A program made the position numbers and the translations under genes. Below are positions 19,854 through 29,805 of a stretch of DNA of 64,000 nucleotides, piece after piece; position 1 is the stretch's first letter; each line of letters starts with the position of its first letter. This DNA comes from a virus (taxonomy: Duplodnaviria > Caudoviricetes), in IMG/VR virus record IMGVR_UViG_3300030376_005300, positions 36,987-100,986 of that record; one strand, given 5' to 3'. The notes under the pieces were generated by a model that had not been told where the DNA came from, ran no database searches, and saw only the letters and a list, made by a program, of their open reading frames with translations.

Positions 19854-21882
19854 CTATTACAAAGTCCGTTGCGACGAGCAACAGAGTGAATGCGTAGTAG
19901 TTGTTCCCAGCATCATATCGCACATGAAGTTTTTCCGGCATAATACGGATACCACCGTCGTTGCCATGCGCTGGTGTATTAAGCGTAACGAATAAGTCTT
20001 CTACAGCGTTGGTCAAGAAACCGACAAGAGACTGCACAGTCTCAGGTACAACTGCGTCTATTACTTGGTCAAAGAAACCCTCTTTTGTGGACTCGTCTGT
20101 ATTGCCACCGGCATCGCTTGACAAAATCATCTGCCTCATCAATTCCGAAGCCGAACGAGTATTGCTTGCCGAACCCTTTTCGGATGTCGGAATGTCGCCA
20201 AAGGTTAAGAAAAAGTTCCTCGCTGTTCCTGACACACCTGAACTGGTGATGAGACTGTCGTAGGGAATCTGAATGCCTCGGAACATGTCAATATCCTTAT
20301 GTGAATTGGAAACCAACCCAACCAAGTCTTGTACTTTATCACCGGCTGACTTATTTGCACTGTTGCTTTTTGTACCGCCGCCCTGAAACACTTGCGGAGA
20401 GAAATTTTTACGAATACCTGTAGACAACACTTGAGGGTGGGTAATGTCCCTATTCGGTTTGTGAATCTGCTGTATAACCACGATGGACTGGTGCCTTGAT
20501 ACTGTAAACGCATCTGCCAGTGTTTTGCCTGTTGTGCTAACATTTGATTTGCTGATATTCCCTGAAATCTCCAAAGCGTCTTCAAAGAGTTCGGCCATGA
20601 TAACGGCAGGGTTTTTACCAGCAGTTGTCGCTATACCCTTGATAGGAATGTCAATTACAGCGTCGTAGTAGTAGGCATCTCCAACAGGGGCAGTCAAGTT
20701 GGTATGGTTGATTGCGCGAGAGATTCTCCCCGCTACATGTACGATAGATATGCTGTCACTCCCTCCAAGAAGAGAGGGAGTCTTGTTGGCATTGAATCGG
20801 AAACGAATACCGAGGTCGCAGTTGCCTTTTCCTACCATGACATCCGATTGACACAGTGAACCTTTAGAATTACGAGATGGTGATTCAAGCCAGTATGAAG
20901 GGACGAGTTTGATAAATTCGTTGTGCAGTGCCGCTTCTACACCGCTGTAACTTTGGTTGATACTCAGCGTATCGCCGTTTTGGACATTGGCTTCAATGTT
21001 CCCTGTGAACTCAATGTACCACTGTGCTTCACTTCCTTGACTTACGCTGGAGTCGTCGTACAGACCTGTAACAAATCCGACAAACTGGTTTCTGTCGTTG
21101 AAGCATCTTGGTGTGACATAAAGTTCATCGTTGGCAGTGATAGCAGAAGTCAACGCTACTTTGAATGTTACAGTAGCGTCAGCCAATGCTGAGACTTCTC
21201 CTAAAAAAGTACCATCGTTCTTGACCACTCTGTCTCCTATGTTTAACAGAGCGGCGGCTCCAAGTTCGTCCGGGTTGGTTGATATAGCGATAGCAGAGCC
21301 TGCTACTGACAGCGTGGTACTGACCGCCAAAGCACCTGTCGCTCCTATACTGTGCCCACCTGTAAATTTCAACTGAGTTTGAATTTTAGGTGCAAGGTTG
21401 GTAGAAGACGGCCAACCTTTGATACGCCAATGACCCGAAGCACTGGTTCCGCTGATGATGTTTGTTGAACCAATGGTAAATTGCTGATTTGTTGTAAAAG
21501 TAGGGAACTGTTTGGTACGATTACCAGTAGCGTACGAATAACTGGTCAAGTGAAGTGCGGCAAAACTTGTCGGCTTGAATGAACTAAAGGGTTCGCTGGG
21601 CAACATGCTACCGAAATTGATGAGTGTACGGAGTGGTAGAGAGCCGTCCGCAATGGTACTGCCTCCTTGCTGTACATCAACTCCCTCGTCACCAATGATA
21701 ATACCGTTCATCTCAAGCATCACTCTCGGCGTGTTCGTATCAATAGCGAACCGCTTAAGGATGTTATTTGGAGTTGGGAAATGTGAAGCGTTTCTGTCAA
21801 CGGTAATGTCAATACTTTGAGCAAGTAAGTCCATTTGCAGTTCGTTCTGCAAGCCGCCCAAGAGTCTGATTGGAGTTGCCAT
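19846..21882 (-). CDS. Distal-tail/baseplate-like protein, 678 aa (paralog of 21892-24435)
   Basis: Shares N-terminal (PIRL..A.SIDI.V.R..S.F..P...KR..ID.N) and C-terminal (KS.GDK.QDL.G...RGIQIPY...RNFFLT) blocks with the neighbouring gene. Confidence 0.6.
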   Translation of the reverse strand: MATPIRLLGGLQNELQMDLLAQSIDITVDRNASHFPTPNNILKRFAIDTNTPRVMLEMNGIIIGDEGVDVQQGGSTIADGSLPLRTLINFGSMLPSEPFSSFKPTSFAALHLTSYSYATGNRTKQFPTFTTNQQFTIGSTNIISGTSASGHWRIKGWPSSTNLAPKIQTQLKFTGGHSIGATGALAVSTTLSVAGSAIAISTNPDELGAAALLNIGDRVVKNDGTFLGEVSALADATVTFKVALTSAITANDELYVTPRCFNDRNQFVGFVTGLYDDSSVSQGSEAQWYIEFTGNIEANVQNGDTLSINQSYSGVEAALHNEFIKLVPSYWLESPSRNSKGSLCQSDVMVGKGNCDLGIRFRFNANKTPSLLGGSDSISIVHVAGRISRAINHTNLTAPVGDAYYYDAVIDIPIKGIATTAGKNPAVIMAELFEDALEISGNISKSNVSTTGKTLADAFTVSRHQSIVVIQQIHKPNRDITHPQVLSTGIRKNFSPQVFQGGGTKSNSANKSAGDKVQDLVGLVSNSHKDIDMFRGIQIPYDSLITSSGVSGTARNFFLTFGDIPTSEKGSASNTRSASELMRQMILSSDAGGNTDESTKEGFFDQVIDAVVPETVQSLVGFLTNAVEDLFVTLNTPAHGNDGGIRIMPEKLHVRYDAGNNYYAFTLLLVATDFVIGV

Positions 21883-21891
21883 GTTTTCACC

Positions 21892-24435
21892 TCACAGTAT
21901 AATGTCAGCGGCTTCAAACCTCAAACTGAACTCATATGCCTTCATCTCGGCTTCTCTACTTACACTAAAGTCTGTCACCAATCCACTGATGCCGTTTTTA
22001 CGATGACCCTCTGCACTGTGCGAAAACAACCTTGAAGCGTGAATTTCGTTGATACTGGACAGTTTGCCGCCAGTTGAACCTTCGGTTGTTAAGAAGAAAT
22101 TACGCTGAGCCACATGCGAATCCAACACATTCTTGCCTTTGGTGACATGGCTAAGGTATGGAATCTGAATGCCCCTGATGTAATCGCCCGTGTGGTCTAC
22201 TGGCTTAATTTGATTCTCCAAGAAGTCAACGCCCATGCTGAGGATTTTTGTGGCGAAGTTGAGGTCAGGATTGCCAGCGTAGTTGTTGCTGTTGGCAAGA
22301 ATACCCAGCAAATCCTGCGCTTTGTCTCCGCCACTCTTCACGCGCTTTCCACTACGACCGCCTGAGAAACCTTGCGTGACAGGCATTTGTCCCACACCAA
22401 GCGTAGTGTTGATGGTGTCCGACAAGGCTCCCAGTGACGATGCGTACTGCTGGGTAATGGTCAAACGACAATCGCGGTCGTGTGCTGACTTTGCAATAGC
22501 GACCGAGAACGCCTTGTCTATAGTAGTGTTACCCAATGCGTCCACGACCTTGCCCAAATCAATGTACGAAGCAGTCAATGCTTTGGAAACTAACGAGGTG
22601 ATGTATTCGTCGGTTCTCGTAAATGTGTTACCGTCCCTCGCCGAACCATCTTGGTGTGTTGGAAACTCCGGTCCGACTGCTTTTTCAGGAGAAGCAAAGT
22701 CGCTGAAGGTGTCAGCGTTTTTGATGGGTAGAATGATGACAGGCGAACCTGTGCGTCCAATCAGTCCGGGGTTAGAATAATTGATGGGAGCAATGTAGAT
22801 TTTGTCACCTGCTTGCAATGTCACGCCTGTGCTGTGCGGGTTGATGGTCAAAGCATCAGCCGTGACGCTGACAACTGAGCCGAAAAAAATGTCATCATTG
22901 GAGTCGGTGACGAAACTTGAATCGCGCAAAAATGCTACACGATTCAGTCGCTCACTTTCTGTAGGCTCAAACCACTGATTCGGCTGTCCACCAGTGACTG
23001 TCAGCGTGTTGCCCGATACGCCTCCCGACGCAATCACCATACTGGTGTCTCTCTGCTTGTTAAAGAATCCATGCGGCTCGTTCTTGCTGGCGACCATATG
23101 CTTGTCAAAAGCCAAACGAACATGCTTGCTGTTATGACTGTACTGTGCTGTACCTGCATATTCGTGGCCCGCAGGTAGATTGATACCGTACTTGTAGGAG
23201 AGATAACCCTCTACATTTTCACGCTCGGAAGTTGTAAGGACACGATTGTAAATAAGAATCTCGTAGATGTCGCCTTGGAAAAAGTTGCTGTTCATTACGC
23301 CTATTTTGAAGTTAGTTGCTGTGTTGGGTACATAATCCACGCCGCTGGTTTTGCTGACCTTTTCATCACCGTTGATGAAGAGTTTTGCTGTGTCTGCCTG
23401 AGCGTTAGCATCTGTATCGTCCATCGTGTAGGTGAGTATGAGAGCGTCTGTGTTTTTAACAGAGTTGGCCGCACTCGTTATAATGTCGTCTGTACTTGCT
23501 TCTCTCCAAATAGCAGAAGCGTCCTTGTTAGAAGCATCGTAAATGAGAGCATAACCAGCGGCATCACCTCCTCCAGTCGTCCCTTCTATAGAACTAAAAA
23601 TAGGATGGTCTCCTCCGATTGCACTGTGCTTGGCAACCGTAAACACAGTGAACTCTTCTGTGTTGAGGAAAGCAGAAAAAGCAACTTCCATAAATTCGTC
23701 TGAGCCGTTGAAGCGGACATACGGATGACCATTGACACCTTCTGTACGGTATCTTGGTTGCTTGGAACTATCAGGTTGAGAAGCAATTCTACCATTACCA
23801 CTACTGTCTACCCATGAAGGGATAGATGTACCCGAAGCGTGGGTCAATGCGTCTGCTTTGAGCCACAACTGTAGACCACTGGAAACCGGATTGAGGAGGG
23901 CACCGCTCTCTTCTATCCAGTATGCTATAGGAAAATCAATGTACTTTTCATTCCAGTATTGTAGAATGCGGTTGCCGAGGTCGTTAATGTCTATCACCGT
24001 ACCGCCGAGCGAGCCGCCCATGCCGCCTGAAAACGAACCACTGTTGCCGGTTGTACCGCCCAACCCAGTTGTACCTCCAAGGAGTGCACCTGTTGAGACT
24101 TGAGTGTTAAAACCCGAAGTTACAGGTCCGCTCGGACCGCCGCCCCCTGCACTGGGTCGGCCCCAAGTGACCATTTGCTGAGGTTGATAGAAATCAAGTA
24201 TAGCAGTGGCTTGGGCTGTCACCTCTTGTCCACCATCGTCGGCCAACACGCCTTGTATTTCAATCTGTACAGACGACTGGTTAAGGTCAATTCCCATGCG
24301 CTTAGCATCCATGAGGGGCATAGCGAAGTTTGACTGTACTCGTTCTACCACGATGTCTACGCTGGTCGCATCAAGGGAGATGGTATCGCCGTTCTCTTGT
24401 ACGAGACGGACAGGTAACCTCTCCCCTTCATCCAC
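21892..24435 (-). CDS. Distal-tail-like protein with inserted LamG/ConA-like lectin domain, 847 aa
   Basis: LQLWLKAD...WVDSSGNG...VRFNG...FQGDIYEILIYNRVL...VEGYLSYKYGI is a LamG-type signature; follows the tape-measure-like gene. Confidence 0.65.
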   Translation of the reverse strand: MDEGERLPVRLVQENGDTISLDATSVDIVVERVQSNFAMPLMDAKRMGIDLNQSSVQIEIQGVLADDGGQEVTAQATAILDFYQPQQMVTWGRPSAGGGGPSGPVTSGFNTQVSTGALLGGTTGLGGTTGNSGSFSGGMGGSLGGTVIDINDLGNRILQYWNEKYIDFPIAYWIEESGALLNPVSSGLQLWLKADALTHASGTSIPSWVDSSGNGRIASQPDSSKQPRYRTEGVNGHPYVRFNGSDEFMEVAFSAFLNTEEFTVFTVAKHSAIGGDHPIFSSIEGTTGGGDAAGYALIYDASNKDASAIWREASTDDIITSAANSVKNTDALILTYTMDDTDANAQADTAKLFINGDEKVSKTSGVDYVPNTATNFKIGVMNSNFFQGDIYEILIYNRVLTTSERENVEGYLSYKYGINLPAGHEYAGTAQYSHNSKHVRLAFDKHMVASKNEPHGFFNKQRDTSMVIASGGVSGNTLTVTGGQPNQWFEPTESERLNRVAFLRDSSFVTDSNDDIFFGSVVSVTADALTINPHSTGVTLQAGDKIYIAPINYSNPGLIGRTGSPVIILPIKNADTFSDFASPEKAVGPEFPTHQDGSARDGNTFTRTDEYITSLVSKALTASYIDLGKVVDALGNTTIDKAFSVAIAKSAHDRDCRLTITQQYASSLGALSDTINTTLGVGQMPVTQGFSGGRSGKRVKSGGDKAQDLLGILANSNNYAGNPDLNFATKILSMGVDFLENQIKPVDHTGDYIRGIQIPYLSHVTKGKNVLDSHVAQRNFFLTTEGSTGGKLSSINEIHASRLFSHSAEGHRKNGISGLVTDFSVSREAEMKAYEFSLRFEAADIIL

Positions 24436-24437
24436 AC

Positions 24438-24857
24438 TCAGCCACTCCTGTTGAATCCACTCTGCGTAAGCGAGCCGCCCATTTTACTTCGCAACTCCTT
24501 GGTCACCATAGTGCTGATTTCCTTAGCAAGTTTTTGTTTGTCAGTCTTGTCTGTGACGCCACTGACATCAATCCTGAGATTAACCGTTACATTGCTGGAC
24601 TGGCTTCCTCCGCCCCCACCTGCGAGTTGACCTTGTTGGGCTGGCCCCTCCATCATCTGTTGGAACGGCTGAGACTTTTCCATGTTCTTAAGCGAGGCAG
24701 TGAGGTCAGTGCTGTTCACCTTGGTCATTTCCATGGACTTGCTGAACTTGTCCATTTGAGCCTGCAAGGCTTTCATGTTCTCACCTGCTTCTTTGCTGTA
24801 CTTCTTGAATTTCTCCATCGCTTCTACAGAGCGGGGGTCAATGTCGCCGTCAATCAT
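24438..24857 (-). CDS. Very short tape-measure-like protein, 139 aa
   Basis: Occupies the tape-measure slot after the tail chaperones; helical N-half; C-terminal GGGG..NVTVNLRIDVSG...LAKEI...V..EL resembles tape-measure C-termini. Confidence 0.5.
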   Translation of the reverse strand: MIDGDIDPRSVEAMEKFKKYSKEAGENMKALQAQMDKFSKSMEMTKVNSTDLTASLKNMEKSQPFQQMMEGPAQQGQLAGGGGGSQSSNVTVNLRIDVSGVTDKTDKQKLAKEISTMVTKELRSKMGGSLTQSGFNRSG

Positions 24858-25126
24858 TCCGAGCCCTCCAGTGGAGGCACATGGTCATAGCCCAAATACA
24901 CTGCGTCTTTGGGCACCTCTTCTTCACTCTGCATGGCCTGTGCCCAGTACAGAAGTTGTTTCGCATCATCAATTGACAAACCCCTAACCTCCCGTAAATT
25001 CATCCCGTAGTGCGTCATCAAAAGGTACTCCATCCCTTCTCGTTGGTAGCGAAGTCGGTCGTTGACACCTCGGTTATGGAGGTATCGTTTGATGTTGCCG
25101 ACTTCGCCTCCCGAAAAACCAACCAT
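24854..25126 (-). CDS. Tail assembly chaperone extension (lambda gpT-like), probably expressed by -1 frameshift from 25018-25380
   Basis: In the -1 frame relative to the overlapping upstream ORF; LMTHYGMNLREVRGLSIDD resembles gpT-type segments; ATGA-coupled to the next gene. Confidence 0.6.
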   Translation of the reverse strand: MVGFSGGEVGNIKRYLHNRGVNDRLRYQREGMEYLLMTHYGMNLREVRGLSIDDAKQLLYWAQAMQSEEEVPKDAVYLGYDHVPPLEGSE

Positions 25127-25380
25127 TCCATGACCTGAGAAGGCTCAGGGAGAAGGTCAGCCAGTGCTTTTCCTTCTTCGGGAGTCAGAGACTCAACCTC
25201 TATAGAAGGGTTATAGCGAAGCCAGTTGTAAAATGCGTAACGCCAGTAGTTGGAAAAATCCATGTCACCGCTTGCAAACAGCGGTGCAATTGCTTGAACA
25301 TCAAAGAATGTCAGCCGTTTGGCTGAAACTTGCACGGGGTTTCCGTTGATGTTAATTTTATTCGTCTTCTCCTCCAACAT
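25018..25380 (-). CDS. Tail assembly chaperone (lambda gpG-like), 120 aa
   Basis: Between tail tube and tape-measure-like gene; S/T-rich low-complexity tail after an in-frame G_GTT_TTT. Confidence 0.6.
   Translation of the reverse strand: MLEEKTNKININGNPVQVSAKRLTFFDVQAIAPLFASGDMDFSNYWRYAFYNWLRYNPSIEVESLTPEEGKALADLLPEPSQVMEWLVFREAKSATSNDTSITEVSTTDFATNEKGWSTF
25114..25120 (-). other. Putative -1 ribosomal frameshift slippery site G_GUU_UUU
   Basis: GGTTTTT in the correct codon phase (GTT TTT = V-F) where the -1 ORF is open. Confidence 0.55.
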
Positions 25381-25576
25381 ACTTACTCACTCGTGTCGCT
25401 GAGTCTGCCGAATCGGGAGACTCGTCCTCTTGCTGGTGAGCGAATGGATTATCACTGGCTCTTCCTGCTTCGGGATTGAAGAGGTACTCTCCGCCCTCTT
25501 CTTCTTCATCATTGACGGTAACCGTACCGTCAAATGATTGGAATGGATTCAGGGACTTGATTATTCTTAGCGGCAA
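25358..25576 (-). CDS. Small acidic hypothetical protein, 72 aa
   Basis: TTG start after a G-rich SD; fills the gap between tail tube and chaperone. Confidence 0.45.
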   Translation of the reverse strand: MPLRIIKSLNPFQSFDGTVTVNDEEEEGGEYLFNPEAGRASDNPFAHQQEDESPDSADSATRVSKYVGGEDE

Positions 25577-25588
25577 TCCGGTCCCCCC

Positions 25589-27682
25589 TCAACAATGGTA
25601 ATCGGTGTCAATACTTATCACTTTCACATTCTGTGGCTTGAGTTTCATAGTGGTGAACAGCAAACCTTTGTCGTCGGGCATGGGTATTGGAAGTTCGGTG
25701 ATGTAGTAATCGTCAATGATAACGCGAAGAGAAGGAGCAGTGCCACTGGCGGCTATCGGTTTAGTGAAGTGAAGCATGATGGTTCCTCCAGTGGCTCCGA
25801 CAGTGCCGCCTCGTTCTACATGCGACCTGAGTTCATGGAAGAGATTTGCATCCTCCAATGCAAGTACAATCTCCATTTCAAACTCTTCACGGCCTTCTCG
25901 GATGATGCTGGCGTTTCTCGTGCCGCCGTAAGGAACTTGCTTCAGGCTTAGGTTGGACGCGTTGACAGACTCGGGGACCGGGTTACCTTGGATGGTATGA
26001 AACAGTTCTACGCCTGTCTTGCCTCTAAGTTCAAAGGCACTAACGAAAGCCAAGTTTTGGTCAAAGGCCGATACAGTACCGTTGTAAAACATAAATGGCT
26101 TCTCTGAGTTCTCTGCTATACCGCTGGCCTTTCTGCCTTTCTTCGTGTCGGCTGTATTTTGAAACATACGATGAGCCGTATAGCGGTCGCCAGCATTGCT
26201 GGATTCAAGGCGACCTGTGTCAGTGTAGCAAGCAAGTGCATTGAAAATGCAACGATACTTGAGTTCAGCATCCACCGTAGATGACATTTCCCACTCAACG
26301 ACTTTGCACCCCTTGAACACTCTCGTCAACTGCTTGCTATCGTTAGCAGAACCCGGCGAGACGGTAGACTCACCTGTGGCGTTAAATGAGCCAATGTCTC
26401 TCGTTCTGACACTGTGCTCTATGCAAAAACTGGGAATGGTTTCGGCAGAAAACAAGAGGCGCTTGACATGATTGTTGATGGTCCTTGATGTGTTGGCATG
26501 TGGGCTGTTACTGGCATTGTCTGCATATTTGCGAAGTTCAATGGTGTCATCTGTCGTGTGAGGGAATTGCCAACCGTCGTCTACATACACCCTGTACACA
26601 TAACGATGAGTACCTGAGCCCAAATCGCTAAGGTATTCAATGGCAGAAATACGGCGGCATTCACTGGACTCGGACCATTCAAAGTGCACAGCATCGCTGG
26701 CAAGGCCCGACCCCGAGGATTCAGCAGGAAAGTATTTGTTTGTGTCTTTGTTTGGTGTTTTGTAAGTCGTTGTTGGAATCAAAGTTGTGTCCTCTATGAG
26801 TAGGTAATCACCTACTGCGGCATCGGTACCTGAACCAAAGCGAACACTGCCGCTCTGACTACTTGTCACATCAATGTAACCTTGCCCCGGTTCAATATCG
26901 GACCGAATAATAGCATCACTGGAAAGCCCCGTGTAAGGCTTTGACCCACAATTGTCTTTGCTAACCGTCTCTCTACCGAGGCTGTAGTACAACCACTTGG
27001 CACTGTGCATAGGCATTTCCAACGCACCGCCTACATGGTGCACTTTACCTGTCTGCTGGACAGCGACTTGGCGACCAAGACCGACGACATGGTAACTGTG
27101 CAAGTCAACCTTGGTATCAGGAAGCGTCATGAAACTTGCCAGCCCGATAAACTGGTCAACAAGGCTGACCTCCTTTGATGAACTTGCGGCGCTCGTCATA
27201 GCGGAATTGGTATCACCCTGCACAGTCGGCATGCCAATTGCATGAATGAGAATAGAGTCTCCGGTATCGCTGTTCAGTGAAGTCGTTGTAGGAAAGGCCG
27301 GAACGATTTTAAGGTGCGTAGCGTCAGCGCCGTCACTGTTACTCTCCAGCGTGTGGTCTACGATTGTATACACTCTGCTTTTGAGTGTGCTGTTGTAAAA
27401 GTTGGAGAACGCATTGTTGCCAGCAGAGATGGCGTGGAAAGTTAGTTTCTGCCCGATGAGCATACCGAGAGGGGCTTTGAGAATAGGTTTGCTTTGTTCA
27501 AAGATACTGGTATTGGTGATTGAAGTAGTCCCTCTGAACTCAATGGTTGTAAAGTCACGAGTTGAATCTGTTGTTTTAGCCGTCCATGTCCTCGGCTGAT
27601 TATGCTCAATGACAAGGCTTGTTTCGTGACCCATGGTGACTTCGGAAACATCACCTTTGTAGTGTGCTCCAAAACCACTCAC
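25589..27682 (-). CDS. Major tail tube protein with large insertions, 697 aa
   Basis: Tube-like motifs (GGALEM...WLYYSLG; IPSFCIEH; RVFKGCKVVEWEMS; PFMFYNG; REGREEFEMEI); position after the tail terminator. Confidence 0.65.
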   Translation of the reverse strand: MSGFGAHYKGDVSEVTMGHETSLVIEHNQPRTWTAKTTDSTRDFTTIEFRGTTSITNTSIFEQSKPILKAPLGMLIGQKLTFHAISAGNNAFSNFYNSTLKSRVYTIVDHTLESNSDGADATHLKIVPAFPTTTSLNSDTGDSILIHAIGMPTVQGDTNSAMTSAASSSKEVSLVDQFIGLASFMTLPDTKVDLHSYHVVGLGRQVAVQQTGKVHHVGGALEMPMHSAKWLYYSLGRETVSKDNCGSKPYTGLSSDAIIRSDIEPGQGYIDVTSSQSGSVRFGSGTDAAVGDYLLIEDTTLIPTTTYKTPNKDTNKYFPAESSGSGLASDAVHFEWSESSECRRISAIEYLSDLGSGTHRYVYRVYVDDGWQFPHTTDDTIELRKYADNASNSPHANTSRTINNHVKRLLFSAETIPSFCIEHSVRTRDIGSFNATGESTVSPGSANDSKQLTRVFKGCKVVEWEMSSTVDAELKYRCIFNALACYTDTGRLESSNAGDRYTAHRMFQNTADTKKGRKASGIAENSEKPFMFYNGTVSAFDQNLAFVSAFELRGKTGVELFHTIQGNPVPESVNASNLSLKQVPYGGTRNASIIREGREEFEMEIVLALEDANLFHELRSHVERGGTVGATGGTIMLHFTKPIAASGTAPSLRVIIDDYYITELPIPMPDDKGLLFTTMKLKPQNVKVISIDTDYHC

Positions 27683-28152
27683 GGTATCAACTCCGCAAGA
27701 ATGACAACCTCAACTTGGAAAGTGTGCCTGAACAGTTTCTTTGTACGGTCGCTGAGGTCAGTCCTGACCTTGAGAATCATACGGTCAAAGTTCGCACCGT
27801 CACCTTTGCGATTCACATGGATGATTCTTCGCATCTCGTTTTCCATTTTTCGCAAACGACTGCGACCTCTTGATGTACGCATGTCAACGGTGATGTTGAC
27901 TCGTGTTGTGACGAAGTTGTACAAGAGGTCAGGGACTTCTTCGTTGAGTGCGGTCTCGTAGCACAAGATGTAATCATGCCGTTGAAGGTCAAGTCGCTTA
28001 CCTCGCTCCGGCCCCTCCGAAGCAATGTCAAGAATTACGGGCTTGATGTTGTCCGAGTTGGCTCTGTTCCAACCCAAGCCTGTACCTGCATCGTGGTCAG
28101 CCTTGAGAATATCAATGACCGTATCAAGCGGCTCTTTCCAGTCAGCCGTCAT
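27679..28152 (-). CDS. Tail terminator / tail completion protein, 157 aa
   Basis: Size, position and pattern (VNITVDMRT...MENEMRRII...FRHTFQVEV). Confidence 0.55.
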   Translation of the reverse strand: MTADWKEPLDTVIDILKADHDAGTGLGWNRANSDNIKPVILDIASEGPERGKRLDLQRHDYILCYETALNEEVPDLLYNFVTTRVNITVDMRTSRGRSRLRKMENEMRRIIHVNRKGDGANFDRMILKVRTDLSDRTKKLFRHTFQVEVVILAELIP

Positions 28153-29792
28153 GAGAAGACCACCACTTCCTTGTAGCGAGCAATGATGTCCATGGCTTCT
28201 CTGCGAAACAATTGTGCCTTAGAACCGAGGTCTATGTTTTGACTCCCTTCGGGTATAAGCACACTTCGGTCGTCAGACATCAGCAGTTCGCTCGCTACAA
28301 GTTTTGTGGCGGCTTCTTCAATCGCTTTCTCAAGGTATCGCTCACCGTAGATGTAAGCCACTTTGACAGAGTTGTACTCAAAAAACGGGTAAGAGTTGTT
28401 GAAGTAAATGATGCCCATCTCGTGGTCAAGCCACCAATCTCGCAAACGAGCACTGTCTCCACTGCTACTCCTGTCCACTGTGGTTTCACCAGTGATGGCG
28501 TCAACGACTGTACTCTGTGAGCCTGCTTGTAAAGACAGAGAGAATTTGTGTTGAGTTATCGTTCCGGTGATTGCTCCCAAACTACCGACGAGGGCTACAC
28601 AACCTGTGAAGGATGTAGCGGTCTTTCCTGTGTAGCGAAACACATCACCGCTTGCATCTATGGCTACACCTGTATTCACAAAGTCTGTTGTAGAAGCCAC
28701 ATTGACAGTCGTACTGTCAAGACTGACGAAAGTAGTGGTGTTGCGGGAGGCATGGTCTATGGCGATGTCAGATGATGTCGTGACGATACTGCACTCTTCA
28801 CCTGCCTTGACAGGTCGCATTGAAGTTATTTTGACAATGCCCGTACCGTAGTCTGCGTTGGCCGAAGCCAAGAACTCATTGTGGACTGCCACGGCATCTG
28901 TACTACCTTCCAAAGTAAATGTGGTACTGGCGTCGGCAAGGTTGGTGAGAAAGTTCACAGCCGCCTTGTTCACCCTGTCTTCTTTGTTAATGAGGTCGGC
29001 GATGTTTTGAGCGACGGTCGTAGCATCAAAGTCGTCACGCCATTGATTGCTCGCAGTGCCTTGTGCGAGTTCAGCAACGCTACCGTTGCCGGGAGACAAG
29101 AACACCTTTGCTGATGCAAGGTTTGACACATCGCTGAAATTGAGGCGAGCCTCTGCACCGCAAATCTCCCGGTAGTCTTCACCTTGCCATAACTCAATAC
29201 GCAGAATCTGCTGAACATTGCGGAATAACAAAGGAGCCGTGCCCACATAATCGGTAAAGTATCGGCGTCGGTAGGGCTTGTAGGTGTCAAAGTTAATGTA
29301 CTCTGCTGACACGAGATAAGGTCTCCAAGCGTTGTGTGTGATGTTGTCAATCCTGTCTTGGATTCTCTTGATGTGGTCATTGACGATGTTCTTCGTCACA
29401 CCTCTTCGCTTGCCGTTGGTGAAGATTGTTTTGTTTTGAATTTCGGTGTTTGCCGTCGTCGTGTAGTTGGCGTGAGTGACGCTGGTTGTTGGGAGTTTGA
29501 CATACTTTGTGCCGCTGACATCCACGACCGCTGGGGCCGTAATGACAAACTCAGTGCCGAGCGGGTCAAGGTCGCTGTGAACGAGGATGGTATCTCCACT
29601 CTCAAACCCATGCTCTCTGAAATCAGTGCCTGAAATAAAGAAGCCGTCGGACACAGCGTTGGCCGCTCCAAGCACAGGCTCGCCTGCGGCGATGCCGAGA
29701 AGTTGCCCTACCTTGTCCCCAGTCGTGTAGACGATAGCCTCCGGGTCAAGAGGTCGTGTTTCGGGCTCACCGGGGCTGAACACTACGGGCAT
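28149..29792 (-). CDS. Head-tail adaptor/neck protein with inserted beta domains, 547 aa
   Basis: Adaptor-like helices (YTT...V; HIKRIQDRIDN; VAYIYG...IEEAATKLVA) interrupted by beta-rich inserts. Confidence 0.55.
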   Translation of the reverse strand: MPVVFSPGEPETRPLDPEAIVYTTGDKVGQLLGIAAGEPVLGAANAVSDGFFISGTDFREHGFESGDTILVHSDLDPLGTEFVITAPAVVDVSGTKYVKLPTTSVTHANYTTTANTEIQNKTIFTNGKRRGVTKNIVNDHIKRIQDRIDNITHNAWRPYLVSAEYINFDTYKPYRRRYFTDYVGTAPLLFRNVQQILRIELWQGEDYREICGAEARLNFSDVSNLASAKVFLSPGNGSVAELAQGTASNQWRDDFDATTVAQNIADLINKEDRVNKAAVNFLTNLADASTTFTLEGSTDAVAVHNEFLASANADYGTGIVKITSMRPVKAGEECSIVTTSSDIAIDHASRNTTTFVSLDSTTVNVASTTDFVNTGVAIDASGDVFRYTGKTATSFTGCVALVGSLGAITGTITQHKFSLSLQAGSQSTVVDAITGETTVDRSSSGDSARLRDWWLDHEMGIIYFNNSYPFFEYNSVKVAYIYGERYLEKAIEEAATKLVASELLMSDDRSVLIPEGSQNIDLGSKAQLFRREAMDIIARYKEVVVFS

Positions 29793-29805
29793 TCATGGTC
29801 CTCCC

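Noticed and set aside
25589-27682. Contractile tail sheath
   Set aside because: Size is sheath-like, but the motifs and position fit a tube protein with insertions, and no separate tube gene is seen
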